Shown: piece after piece, positions 1-14,200 of the stretch | Layout of the letters: every line of letters begins with the position of its first letter | Position numbering within the stretch: position 1 is the first letter of the stretch | From: Gordius albopunctatus | Lineage: Eukaryota | Direction: 5' to 3' | NCBI GenBank assembly: GCA_964276515.1 | Contig: OZ193910.1 | Span: forward strand, 5,518,001 to 5,582,000 | DNA: 64,000 nucleotides | Notes under the pieces: generated by a model | Database searches by the model: none | What the model saw: the letters and a program-made list of their open reading frames with translations, nothing else | What the model was told of the DNA's origin: nothing | Translations under genes and position numbers: made by a program

Positions 1-1
1 T

Positions 2-1468
2 AACAACGACTCGTTCAAGCAAAATGTCGGTGGTAGTGGAGGAAAAACCTATCATAATTACGGCGTTGGGCGTAAAAGTTTAAGCTGTAGCGAATTGCCA
101 ACGTTAAGACGCGGCGCCAAATTTATGCGTGGCCATCTAAGCCAGCATCCCGAAACTTGCGATGAGAGCTATGATGACTACCAAAAATATTCCATTGATT
201 CCATTATCAGTAATAGCGAAAGTGATAACAACTCCCCGATGGAAATTGTTGATACATGCGTGGAAAATGAGTTTGAAAGGAATCGTTCGTCTCAAGTAAC
301 TCTACGTAAAATCCCCTTAAGGGGCAATACTTCGTTTCCTCCCTCCATCATGGAAAGTCCGTTGACTAATGCAAACCAAGTTACAGCCAATTTCACGTCT
401 CCAACTTCAACCACCGTGCAAAGCTTTTTAAACTTAAATCTCGAATCGCCAGCCCAAATGGACAAAATGTTTGTTGTTCCCAAACTTGCCTCCGAAAATA
501 CCACGAATTTGGCTTCAAAGTCGTGTAGTTTAAACGCGTTAAACGAAAGAGACCGAGCGCACATTAATAACGGAGGCGGCAGAAAGTTGTTAGCCCGCGG
601 CCGTCCAAATTCCCTCAAATCTGGTCTTAACCCTTACAAATTGAGAAAGATGGCGAAACAGTTTAAAGGTGGCGAATTGTCATCTCCTATTAAGGTGACG
701 AAAATTGTTGAATTTGATAAGGCCATCGAGCCTTCAAATCTAACTGGGAAGGAAACCTCTAACACCTCTGAAAACCATATTAATCATATTACGGTTGATG
801 ATAGGAGCGACACTGAACAATTATTTGCACCGAAAAACGCTGGTAAAATCGCCGTAAATCAGGTTAAAAAAATCAAACTTATCAATAGCCCGATGGATAA
901 CGATGAAGAGAGTGTGGGAAATGGGAATTTCTTAGTTAAAACGCCTAATCAAAATATCGAAAAATTGAAACGCGAAGCTAAAAGGGATGACTCATTCGAA
1001 AGCACATCTCCTGGCAACAACAATGATTCGAGGTGTTCCATAAGGTGTAACCCGTACAAAACGGTTTCGGATCAGATTCGAAAGTACAATCGCATAGCGG
1101 AACGCCAGAAATATATCGAACTTGAGGCTATGCGGAGTGATAGAAAACCACCACCCCTCCCGCCCAAAAATGTGAAATTGGGCAAAAAGGAGTTGCAAAA
1201 AACTGTAGTATCCGACACCGACTTCTTTAGAGGGAAAAAATTGAATTCCACCAATTTCAGTAATCCCACGATAACCAATGGAAATGAAGATTATTCGCTG
1301 AAGGCGATTAAAAATAAAATTAATTTGGGGGATCGGGATAAAATAAATATCGTTGGCGAAGTTGGAGGAAACGACACTAAAATTTTGACTGGGACTAAAC
1401 GCAAATTTGCCAATAACTTAGTTTTGTCACCTTTTGTCGCAAAATCCACTCATTTTAATGTGGAATGA
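2..1468 (+). CDS. Partial ORF or terminal exon of an uncharacterised Ser/Asn/Lys-rich, probably disordered protein
   Basis: Frame is open from position 2 to TGA at 1466-1468 (489 codons), which is unlikely by chance in AT-rich DNA. Contains a PPPLPPK SH3-ligand-like motif; no recognisable domain. Runs off the left edge. Confidence 0.6.
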   Translation, partial: NNDSFKQNVGGSGGKTYHNYGVGRKSLSCSELPTLRRGAKFMRGHLSQHPETCDESYDDYQKYSIDSIISNSESDNNSPMEIVDTCVENEFERNRSSQVTLRKIPLRGNTSFPPSIMESPLTNANQVTANFTSPTSTTVQSFLNLNLESPAQMDKMFVVPKLASENTTNLASKSCSLNALNERDRAHINNGGGRKLLARGRPNSLKSGLNPYKLRKMAKQFKGGELSSPIKVTKIVEFDKAIEPSNLTGKETSNTSENHINHITVDDRSDTEQLFAPKNAGKIAVNQVKKIKLINSPMDNDEESVGNGNFLVKTPNQNIEKLKREAKRDDSFESTSPGNNNDSRCSIRCNPYKTVSDQIRKYNRIAERQKYIELEAMRSDRKPPPLPPKNVKLGKKELQKTVVSDTDFFRGKKLNSTNFSNPTITNGNEDYSLKAIKNKINLGDRDKINIVGEVGGNDTKILTGTKRKFANNLVLSPFVAKSTHFNVE

Positions 1469-1854
1469 TGGCTATGCTATTGCACAAAAATTGTACATAC
1501 GACAATTATTTATTATATAAAATGGTTACCCCGCCTCACAATATTAATATTATTAATTAATAAATGCGAGTTATATATAGCGTATAAATATTTCAGAAAA
1601 TCAATATTTTTTAATTTCAAGATAAAACCTTGAAGTTTAGAATTAGCATATGTGATCATAGAAGATAGTGTGCGCAATGTAGTCAAGCTATAGTTGTAAA
1701 AACGATATTTTATAATCGGTACATAGATTACAAAGATCTAGATAAATTCTAGACATTCATAGATACCATTTCTGAATAAGTATGGTTTGATTTTAAAATA
1801 ATTAGGATTATGAAGTTAATTAAAACCTTGATTGATAAGTCTCTACTATTTATA

Positions 1855-1966
1855 AGTGTTATAAAAACTGCTTGGTTTTGATTGGTCGGCCATTGGTTCT
1901 GCTAAGAAGACTATAGCCTGTTTATGTTTATTCGACCAATCAAAACCCAGCCGTTTTTACAACACT
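1855..1966. repeat. Short palindromic MITE-like element
   Basis: ~34-bp imperfect inverted repeats agtgttataaaaactgcttggttttgattggtcg / cgaccaatcaaaacccagccgtttttacaacact. Confidence 0.55.
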
Positions 1967-2228
1967 ACTATTTATTATTATACATCTTTTAGATGTGAAA
2001 TTTTATTCAAAAACATTGGCATTAAACGACAACAAATGGTATAAATATTTCATCATACAAACAATAAATATTGTAAATATGGGTCCATGATTTTAGTAAA
2101 AATAAAACAAATTATGTGTGCGATCATGTTATTTACATGATATAAGGTAAAATTTTAGCGCGATGAATAATTATTTTTACAGTTATTTTCATAAATAAAT
2201 AATTTCATTAAATTTCTAAAAATATTTC

Positions 2229-5200
2229 CTATACAGTGTGTTGAATATTTTTGAACTTTGAGATTACGCTTTGAATTTTACACTTTCGTATGTGTTCCGG
2301 CATTTGATAACTGAAATGTAAAAAATATGCACACTTTTCGCAATAAAATTACTTTTCATTCTCAAATCTCTTCATTAAACTGTTGTGGATAATTGTCTCT
2401 TTCAACAATGGAATAATCGTGGATTTGCTCACGACCAAGCCATCCATTATGGGAAAGCTAGTATTGTTCCTATTATTGAAAAAAAAGTAAAAAATCTAAA
2501 CGCGTCATACTTTACTTCCCCGATAGGGTTGAACGGGTAGCCAATTTATATAGGCCGTTTGTGAGGGGATGAACGAAAATCACAAAAATATCTATTTTCA
2601 TGTCGAGGCATGATGGGCTTGCGTCGTTATAAATGTCGTATATTGCACCTAAAACCCGATTAATATTAATTATTGAGAATGAATGTAAAAGGTTGTGGCA
2701 AATTTACTTAAAGGAAACGTGGTTTTGTCTTGGTACAATTCCAACCACGCCAACACGAACAATATTTTACCCTGGGAGACGTCACTTTTGCTCTGGCTAC
2801 GATGAGACCCGGAGTGATACGTAGGGGCAATATGTTTCTTAATTTTTCCCTATTTCATATTTTGCAGAAATATAGCATAGGAGTTATTGTAAAATATCTT
2901 TCCTGATAATGCAAGTAGTGGTAATGTAGTTGTTTGAAATCGGCAATTTCCAAAAAATAAACATGCCAAATATATACTTTAATCTAACGTGCGAGTGATA
3001 TCAATTTTTTAAAGCTTTTTCAAATCTAAGGATATAGAAGAAAACTAAAATTACCATAAATTTTTTGAAAAATGTGTCGTTTATAACCACAAAATTATTC
3101 TTATAAAGCGGTGAAGAGATTTAATCATGACAATTTGAACCAGTACCGTGTTTTTAAAAAAGGGTTAAAATATCTTACCACTAAACCCAAAGTTTAATGA
3201 AAGAATAGCATATTATAGAGCCTGATTTCATACAAAACCCTTGCATTTAATGTATAAATCTATTTAGAGTTTACTCAATAAAGGCAAGTATTTAACAGAC
3301 TTCGTCAATTTAAATTATAAAATATCTAATATAAATTTTTTAATTTTTTTACAGCGTAAAACAATTTTTGGGGATTGATTCAGAGTTAAAGTTCAATTTC
3401 GGCCAAAAAACCAAAACTTTTTCACAGCTCATAACAAACTTTTTCTGAATACAAACAATATCTCAATAAGCCTACTAAAGAATAAATTCTCGCCTAGTAA
3501 ATCTGTCAACTATATACTCTATGGGACTTCCATGAATATTGGGCAAACGTATTTTAAACCTTGAAACATAATTGAGAAAATTTAGGCTGTAAATATTTTT
3601 GTTAATTAGCCAGAATTTATAATATTCTCCACTAGGATAGATAAAACAAGAAATATTCCATTGGTACAGCCAGTTTCTAATGAATCTCTAACATTTTCCT
3701 ACTTCGCTTTGTTGCTGAGCCTGGGTGGCGGAGAGGGAAGAAGTGAGTGAGGCGTTACCGTCATCGGTCGAGAGTGTGGATATCAAGGAGAGCGATGATT
3801 TGCGTTTCGCGGTGTCGGTGTAATAATAACTGGCCCTATAAGTTGAGTTAAGAGAATTACTTAATCGCTTATAACCAGAAAAGGCGTTACATTGTCCAAC
3901 GCACTTGAGTCAATTTTTAAAAATTTGGATTCGATTCAATCCTTTGTTTGCGTCGAATGTTGGGTTATTTCATTTTAGCTCAAAGTTACCAAACTATTAT
4001 TTAGTTCAAAATAAAAGACAAGCAAACAAGAAGGGGACGGGAGTGGGAGAAGAGAAGGAGAGTAAGTGGAGAGAGAGAGAGAGTGTGTTGATAAAAATCG
4101 TACACACAGTCATGTATTCAATGTGCTCCATTTTCCCAGACATAGTGGGAGAAATTTTAATGCGAGGAAGGGGTTCAGATAAAGGCGATAAAATTAAATA
4201 TAGAGGTGAAGAAAAAGAAATAAAATTATAGTCTTGTAGAATAGCCAGTGGTCTAAAGGATTACATTGATATTTTTGAAATTAATTTATAAATGGCATGG
4301 GAAAATAGCTACCAAATACCTAAAAAACGCCCTTTTTGCACCTTCAAAACCCCATCTATCAAAAGTCTGGACGACCTTGATAAATAAAAACTAAACATTG
4401 TTGGGTGTAAAATTCTCTATCAGTAATATTAATCCTGGGGATGTTTACTCTTGCAGACAGACCTGTGTTATAGACAAAACATAGTTTAAAAATTCGTCCC
4501 CCAACCACTCCTACGCCTACCTGAAATGGCGGGGTGAGGTTGTTGATGACGATACGCCCGTATTAATGGCGATGGGCGAAGTGGACTGATCGTTGGGGAC
4601 GTGAGAAAATTGTGTGGCGTAAGCGCTCGTTAAAAAGCGCTTAAGTTGCGTGCTACCTTCTAGCGATTGCTTCTCGCCTACCATAAATTAAAAACATACA
4701 AATCATTGATTTTCTAACAACAATTTTTATATATAGTTAGACAATAAAACATGCGTTCACACGAATCTTATAATACAAGCAACGTAAATCAATTACAAAT
4801 TTGCTAGTGTTTTGAACCCTACATAAAATTTTAAAATCTTTATCGGTGATAAACGTTGATTATATTACAAGCAACGTCAATCAATTACAAATTTGCTAGT
4901 GTTTTGAAGCCTACATAAAATTTTAAAATCTTTATCGGTGATAAACGTTGATTATATTACAAGCAACGTCAATCAATTACAAATTTGCTAGTGTTTTGAA
5001 CCCTACATAAAATTGTAAAATCTTTATCGATGATAAGCGTTGATAACAAAATGTTTTGATGAATTTTTTTATTAGTGTTGTGAATAAATCTTCCCACCCC
5101 TCTCCTGTTTTGATTTAGGCGTTAATGTTAGTGCTAGCTCCTTTTGAGGTCTATATATATTACCATTACGAAATTATTCGAGGATTGTTCACATTAATAA

Positions 5201-8200
5201 GATCTTCGCGATAGCGATGTAAATGAATATACGTAAAAAATTAATTATTCTTAAATAAACGAGCTGATAAAATACATACGTTTGATATTCAATGATTTTG
5301 TACAATTAAATAAGTGATCCTGTTTACTTTCATCGGGTCGACAATTGTTTGGTAAGGGATTTAAAACGAATTTGATTTTCCAATAATTATCTCTAAGTTG
5401 AATCACGGTAGCAGCATCGTAGGTATCGAATAAGTTATCTTTGGTTGAGGGCGGAGTAGCGACGTTGTGCAAAACTTGAAAGTCATTAATGGTTCTGCTG
5501 GTAGAAATTTTATCGCCCTCTACCCAACGTATTAGTAATCGAAAAAAGGCCAATTTACTCGCGAATCAAATAATAATTTTAATCGAATCCATGCCATCTT
5601 GGAGCAATTTTAAATTAGGGACTAATTTGATTTTATAACTTATCCTTTTTAGCATGCGACGTGAAAATGATATCAGACTTAGAATATAAAGATCATCTGT
5701 ATCGCAAATTAATCGAGATAGGAAGTTATAGTCGAGTAGATTGGTATCAGAACACATTTATGGAGACATTATAGGCAGAAAATGGCAATATATTTAATGG
5801 AACAATTATAAAAATTGGTTAAAAGAAACGATTACACAAGTTACTTAAGTATAAAACGTCGAAACAGGTCAAAATAATTTCCGATTAATTTCTAGCCCAT
5901 CAAGTGGATAATAATTAAAAAGGTTGTTCTAGCATATAAATTACCGTCATTTTGGCAAGTTTCGGCTACATCGTCAAACGACTTTAATAACGAGATAAAC
6001 TCAGTGTAGCTTTTGGCCGCCATTGAGCATTCCCTATCCTAAACCAATAAATTTAAAAAAGTTGTCATTTTACAAAAATCTATATTCGCAATTAATTCAT
6101 AATCGTTTCCATTGTCAATTGTACAAATTCATAATTCTCAATATTCGAGGGCACAACATTTATTGGTGAATGTAGTATGTATTACATTTGAGTATTATTT
6201 TAAAATTAAATCGGAAATTCAATATAAATTTCGCCTGGGTTAAGAGTAGAGTTTTAAAAAGAGCTGAATTTTTCGATCGACCTTTGGTTCAACTAGGACT
6301 AACGGTCGACTTTAGTCCGATTTTTAAATTTAAACTAAGCCTAGAGGTGCACTAGGAAGAGCAAAAACATTTAACCTGTTTTTGTTTAGTCTATGACTAA
6401 AAGAAAAGATGGACCAAATAAAAGGCACCCCTTTGTACAACACTAGTTTAACGCCTACTCGATATTTGAAGATATCACGGAGGCTATTGCAATTTTTTCC
6501 CACGTAGCAAAGCATAGCCACGTCCAATGGTACCGTTTTAATGGCAACGAGTTCCCGCAAATCCTCACCGAAATTCCCTTTAACTTCACCCTCGCTACAA
6601 GGCTACAATATCACAAAGTTAGGGGCAATTACTACATATAGAACATACCGTGATGAGGCTTTCACATTCGGGAAATTTTAACTGCGACACAAACAATTTC
6701 GGAATATCTACTTCGGTGACAAATCTATAAAAAAATATTGTATAATTATTAATCCATAAAAGTGCAGTTAAATCAGAGTTTTGTGATTGGACTCAAAACT
6801 CAACCTTTAACAATTGTTTTTAGCCCCAGTATAAAATATATTATTTAGGTGTACAAAAATACAATTAAAAATAATATTGCCACAATTTTTCAAGCTTTCA
6901 AATCACGGTTTGTTATCAATTACTTTATTGTATAATTATTAATCCATAAAAGTGCAGGTGAATCAGAGTTTTGTAATTGTGACTCTAAACTTAATCCTTT
7001 AAAATTGTTTTTAGCCCTAATTTAAGTATAAAGATATAGTATTTAGATATAAAAAATATATTTAAAAATACTGCAATATTTCCAGATTTCGAGTTGCGGT
7101 TTGTTTATAAATAACTTTTCAAGACTCTGACATTACTAGAAAACGACAAAAGGGTGCATATCAATATTGTGCCCAATCTTACTTCGGTAGGGAGTAGATT
7201 AATCGTTGGAGGTTGCCTGGTTTTAAGCAAGCAAAAGGAGTGCAGCTAGGAGTTTCGTCAGGGGTTCCTTTAGGGGGGGTCGGTTGGATGAGGATATTTT
7301 CGAAAGCGAGAGCACCATTGAACATTTGATGGAAAGATTGAGCGGTTGAATGGTCGGGAAAGACGGAAATTTGTCGTAAATCTAGCGATGTTTCAGGCTC
7401 AGTGGTCATGCATTTTGGATGTGTATCACATTTAGCGTTGGGCGAGGTGTTTGTGCAACTTTTGTTTTCACTATCACAATACGTAGCTTGGTGCAAGCTT
7501 TTGCTGGCGCACACCTTTTGGGCAGTGGTGGATTTTGGTGGAGTCTAAATAGCATAATTAACATTTAAAAAGAGAGAAGGGATGACGACGACGACGTGCT
7601 AACATAAAATTATTAGTTTCCTCATAAATTACACGAGCTAACATTTTTAATTGACCAAAGCAAAAAATTTGATGAAAAGGTAAAATTAACATAATGGCTG
7701 AACTTTTTATCTCCTATCAAGAACAAGTATTTAAGAAATGATTGAGTAATAATGTGGGAAATGATAAAAAATTAGTGGTGTAAGTGAACGCGTTCAAATT
7801 TTATGAACGCGTTCATGAACGGCGTTCTTTTATTTTTTGGTGAACTTTGAACGTGAACGCGTTCCTTTTTTGATGAACGCGTTCGAATTTAACGTTCGTT
7901 CAATTTTAAAAATCCTTTTTTGTTTTTATTTATTTAATGTCAATTCGAATTTTTAAAAAAAAAGTATTATATTTTTTAATCAGCTGTTTTTCCTGTTTCC
8001 TATTACCAATTCCGAAATACTTTTAACATACTATAACGTGCAAAAGAAGATAAGATTAAAGTTAATTAGTTTGATATTATTAGTTATAGTTTAATTTATA
8101 GGTTAATATGGACAATCATAATATTATATCGTCGTCATCTTCAGATTCTGAATATTCAAAATCAGCAGATGAATTGAAATTACCATGGCCAAAATATGAA

Positions 8201-11200
8201 AAATATTTTTCACTCGTTTCATATAAAAGATCAAATTCAATAATTAAAATTAACCTATAAAGAATAAACTTTTAGTGTTATTGAAAAAAGGGATTGAAAC
8301 CCCTAGAATTGATAATGAAAGAGCTGTCAATTCCGAGATATCATTTTTTGGCGAGGAAGTAGAGGGCGCATTGGAGGATGATATCTTGTAGCATTTTTTT
8401 GAAGCGAGGGACAAAACATTAAATTTTTTTAATAAATATCCTCCTTTAAAAAATTTGTTTATTAAGTATAATACTCCAATCCCCTCATCTGCCCCTGTGG
8501 AGCAGGTTTTTAGTATAGCTAATGCTGTATTAACTGCCAAGCGTTCCTGCTTATCAGAAGACAATTTTGAAAAACAATGTTTTCTCAAAAGCTAGCTACA
8601 CCAGTTTTCTCAAATCTCCGTCAATTTTTCTAAGACGAAAGATTAATTCCAATTGATATAAATAATCATCAATATTTTTATTTGAATCATATGGTGTAAT
8701 ATCTCTAACCCAACCAAGAGAATTTCCGGAATATGATTCGAGTTTTGAATAAATAAATAAGAAAATAGATTATATTGATTTATAATTATATTGTCGAAAT
8801 AAAACTATTATTTTTTTATCATGGCTATTTATTGTATTAAAAAATATAAGACATTTATTTATATTAAATTAAACTTTTAAAAAATGTATCATAAAATTTT
8901 GAACGAACGTGAACGCGTTCGATTTTTGTCAATGAACGTTGAACGCGTTCGATTTTTTTACAAATGTTTACAGCACTATTAAAAATTCTTAATGACAAAT
9001 ATTACCCAAACCCTTAAAAATCTAGGAAAAAATGTATAGAGTTGATATTATTGGTAGAAATCGAAAAGTGATACTTTAAAATACCACTTTAAGTAAGAAC
9101 AAAATTATATTAAGGGGAATTTTTGGACAAGAGGGCTAACTTCCTATGTTAAAATTCCACTTCATTAATTTAAAACGAAAGTTGCATTACACGTTGACCC
9201 AAAATCTAGCCTAAAGTATTATCCTCCAAACTTCTTTAACTTATCTAATTGCAACTATTCTTTCCATAGCTTCGAAACGGATAATTAATATAAAAAACAT
9301 TCCATTCTTGAATGATACGAGAGCATATTTTTGACAAGTCAAGGTTATAGGGTGATCCTCATTGAGTAAAAGGTAATGGGCTGGGGGGGATGTTGAAATT
9401 GACATTTGCTGATTTTTGGTCCTACTTGTGTTGTAAAAGTATCTTTATTTTATAACGGTCAACTTCAAACAAAAATGCTCAACAAGTTCAATGGCCAATA
9501 ACTAAACGCTCGATCATTTTTATCGCACGCAACCTCTTATCGTAAAAATCTTAAAAAATTTAAATTTTATAGATTTTTGATAGTACAAATAGCTTACGTT
9601 CAGTTTATCGAACGATGTCGCCTTTTCATAGGTAACATCCCAAACATAACGTCCATATTGGTTGTGTATAACCAATAACCTTTGAAGGCAACCTAGAATT
9701 TTGGATGTACAGAGGGTTAGGAGGTATTTTTGAAATTGAACGCATAAAAATTACCCTTTTTGCAATGATAAAAAAGTAGAAATGGTGGTAAATGGAAATT
9801 AGACATACTCATTTCGTTGTGATCGGTTATATAGGGCATTTCGTACAGACCCATAATATAGTTCGTGCCACAACTATAATACTGACATTTGATGTTAGGT
9901 TGTAGGAGGAGGGATAGTTCTTGTTGGAATGTAAAACTAGCAGTAACCTGGTGACGGTTAGAGTTTCGCTGCAAAATAAAAGGTAATGTAGAGGTAGAGG
10001 TAATCAATATTAATTTTCGATTAAACGAAACGTTTACCTAAGATACTTCTATTATTATTATTAGAAACTCGGATTTAAGAAAAACATCGGTATTTGCAAA
10101 GTTAAAAAGCGGTAGGTATCATAATTATAAAGAGTAGTTAAATGATTTTATTACCGTCAAGACCAGTATAACATTGAGCAAATATTCCGATGCGTTTGCT
10201 ACCCGTTTAGATACAGGTCGACATTCTTTAGCTTCTTTATAGGTTACTCCCGAATCGGCCTAATAAAAGAGTGCAAATACACCATATTCATTCACACATT
10301 GAAAAAGTAGGTAGGGAAGAGTCATATTAAAATGCCTTTGTGTGTAACTTGCTCGTACTTTTTATTGAAAGAAATTACGAATTATTATTATGATACATAT
10401 TTCAAAACCATCAGATTTTTTATTACGATTTGCTATATGAAATGCATTTTCCACGGCTAAATTAATATTAAAGGGGAAGCTTTATAGACCCAAAATGGCA
10501 TTAGCGTTGTGGTTAAAAATGAAGAGTAAATTTTTATAATTGTAAGAAAAACATATATTGGAATGGTTATTCCAATGTGTGAGTTGACTTTAATACAACT
10601 GATGCCACGAGTTTTTTTTGTCCCATATATAAATTATAGATATATTTATAAAAATAATTTATAGTTTTTCTTATTATATGCCAACCCATCAAAGTGGTTG
10701 CTAGTACATTTTGGCAAACATGGGAGATGTAATCAACACTTTTTTGCAGGCTATGGCAGAGAAGGGATAAAACAGAGAACAAGTCCAGTTGAGTTCAAAT
10801 AATAACATATTCACTACTCCAAGATCATCACGCGTTACTCAATATTCAAAGGATTATATCCATTTTAAGATTGATTAAAGACAAAGGTTAATCTTAATAA
10901 TGCCAGTAGAGGCAGCTCAATCATTTTCTAGCATATTTAAAGTCTCACTTTTGGTGTAGGTAGGTTATGGATACATAAGAAACTAATTCTAACACACATT
11001 TATTAGAAAAGTCTTAAAAAGGTTGTTTGCGCATGTTCTATGACAAAAAATCACTAAACAATTCCACAATGGAAAGAGCTGGGTTTTATTCAGGAGACCT
11101 TTGTTTTAATCTGTCATTCTTAGTCGACCTCTAAGTTTAGTCGTAATTTGAAAAACAGACCAGAAGATTTTGGTCCGTTTCTATCAAGTGGACCGTCCTT

Positions 11201-14200
11201 CTTAGTTGAACCAAAGGTGGAATAAACAAAACCCAGGACTTTTTACAACACTGCTACACAATCGAGATCATCCTTAAATGGAGAGCTTAAATTGAGCTGA
11301 TACAAAATAATGGAACCTGCAACGATTTTTGCCCAGTCATCCCTAACGTGGCGATTTCCAGGAGTAAAAACAACAGTTCGCAATCGTCCAGCATAGGGGA
11401 GTGGTAGGCGAGCCAAACTGTCAAGCAATTGTACAGAGCCACTATCAGGGTATGGACGTCTTTGGTGTGCTTGATGGGCGCGTAGGAGCACATTTTAGCC
11501 ACGTACCCACTCAAACTTCGCATTATGTATTCGCACAGGGCTGAATTTGAAATAGTGAAAATTATGAAGTTCAAATTTACATATGAAGCTGAAGAAATCC
11601 TGCTTTTGTATAAACGCGTAAACTTATACACATATCTACACTGCCAATATTGGTGAAGGTGTCTTCTCGCCTTACTAATCTAATTATTGTAAAAGCTAAT
11701 TCACATTTAGAAATATAAATGTTCTAAGGTATTTCTTAATATATAAAGAAATGGAATAGCTTGATAAACAAGAGAGTGAACTAGTTTTAGGGGCAGGCAA
11801 AGGTTTTTATGTTAAAAGCTAACACGCCAATCTTAGATTAACTTAATCAAAAACATATTTATTCATAAACACTTAAAATATTTTTTTAGTACCAAGAATT
11901 GTACAATGTAAATTTGTATACTTGGAAAAGGAAATAAAAGCGTTTTACGTTTGTAGATGAGCATTTTAACTTTGGCCAAATGCGATAGGGTGGCTAGGCA
12001 GAGATGAGCTATGGTGTAATCTTGATTTTGCCACCTATCGAAGGTTTTAAGCACAAGCTCCGTCACCATTTTAAACAGGCAATCGAAGCACCAGTGTTCT
12101 GGTTTTGGGGATTGCCTAGCCTGGCCACATGCCTCATAAAGCGAAGAAGGAACAGACGCCCTGGATAGATTTGAGCTATTCCCTGATAAATTTACAAATT
12201 TTAAAACCTGACTCTAATTAAAACACATTCAAGTTTAAAGTTATTAAACAACGCGAACCTTTTAGTTTGAACGAATTTGTGGTAGTATTAATGGGGTTAA
12301 TGGGCTCGCCATTATCATGCAATTTGTTGGGGCATTCACCGTTGCTGAAATGAGATTCATTGTTTTGGCGATTGACGTCGATTTGGTAAGCCGCAAAATC
12401 TTGTATAATCACGCAGAGCAGGGCTGAAAATAACAGATAAATCTATCAAAAAAGTTAAGGCTTTTGATTGCACTCCAGCAGAGTATCATGTTATATTACA
12501 ACAGAGTCGTTATATTCCCTACTTCAAAAACTTGATATTAATAATGAATTTAAAGTTATTGACATTGATAAAATATACGTAAAAACCTTAAATCAATCTT
12601 ATTTTTATCTCTAAAACAATCTCTGTCACCTATAAAACCTCAAATCAACCATGATTTTTATGAGAAAAAAAAATTAAAAAACGTACAAATTAAATGTATA
12701 TTGAGATGTACCCAACAAAAAGCGCGTATTGCTAGGGTCGGTCTCGGATTGAATAGCGTTGAAGATGGACTCCAAAACTGCACTTCTCAGTTGCCCGTAC
12801 GTTAGGTGAGATTCAATGGGATGAGGGGGAGTTAGTTGTTGAAGCGATTGAATCGGGGTATCTGGGGCGTGGGTCGGCAAACAAGCCACACTTGCTAATA
12901 TACGAATGGCTGCGTTCCTCAGCACCAAGGCAGATGTATTTTTAGGACTGATCGTCGTTCTTGAATAAATAATGATTGTGAGAAATTTAATATTAGAGAC
13001 TTGGGAGCGAAGATAAGTACTTTAACTCTAATGAGCTAAAAAATAAAAAGGGAACGTCTTTAATTTATCAAATTTTTTTAATATGATAAATTATTATTAA
13101 TCAATAGTATTTTTTGCATTCTCACATTAAACCTGGTCTAAATTTTTTTAATCAATTACCAAATATATGTCCAATTATTTAATGATATTTTTTTTTAAAT
13201 GTTAATGCTATAGAAATATTATCAAAATCAAAGCTACTGATCTAAATTTGAGTTCAAGTCTAATAGCATGCAAATTTTACTACAAAATCAAACTATTCAT
13301 TATAAATATGCTTTTTCAGTGTACAAGAATTTGCTTCAATATTAAATAATTTATAAATTTAACAGGTCTTGGGAATAAAAGGGAGGCCTGACATAATAAA
13401 AAGCTTGGGGCAGGCCTTAGCCTTAGTTTTTATCAAGAGTCGGGCATGAAAAGCAAAATAGGCCCGTTGCATATTTCTAAATATATAGTTCAATAAATCA
13501 AAAATTTTTCAAATATAAGCTAATGTCTAATGCATAAAAATCGTTATCATCATTTTATAGCTTTTTCCACCAATTAGACCCTTAAATCGATTTTGCAATA
13601 AAATAATAATCCAAATTTATGAAATATTGTGATACTCAGTTGAAAGAGCTATAAAGATAAACCAACTTTGGCATACACAAATATAAGAGAGGAAAGGTAA
13701 GACAAGCCAAGACAATTTAATAATTCTCAAACATAACCTAAACTCGTTCAAGTTCATAGCATATAGCCTTAGCGATGATGGCCAAAAACATGATATTTAC
13801 ACGTTAGGCTGGTCGTTGAACGTTTGTTTAGCTTGCTGGACGGGTGAAGTGAATATGCTGGAGATGAGCTTTAAAAATTGTGGCAAAAGCAGAGACACAC
13901 CATCTAAATCGACACTGAAAAGGTCGTAAGAATTGCATAGGATGGATGCTTGGATAACATTAATCTCTTGTTGATCCTCCACCTTCGATGGGTTATTTGA
14001 CGATAAGGTCAATGCTGAATAAATCTATCAGAAAAGTAAATTTCGCATATATTATATATGCACATGCAGGAATGCACCAATGTAACTTATATGTAATTAT
14101 TTTAGTTCGATTAGACTAAGCAATTATTTCTATTTGCACCGGGGAAGAGAGGAAGAGGACGATCCCGTGTCTCGTGGAAAGGTCAAGTCGATAAAATTAT

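Noticed and set aside
8250..8588. 112-aa minus-strand ORF
   Set aside because: It is the antisense of the hAT transposase remnant on the plus strand.
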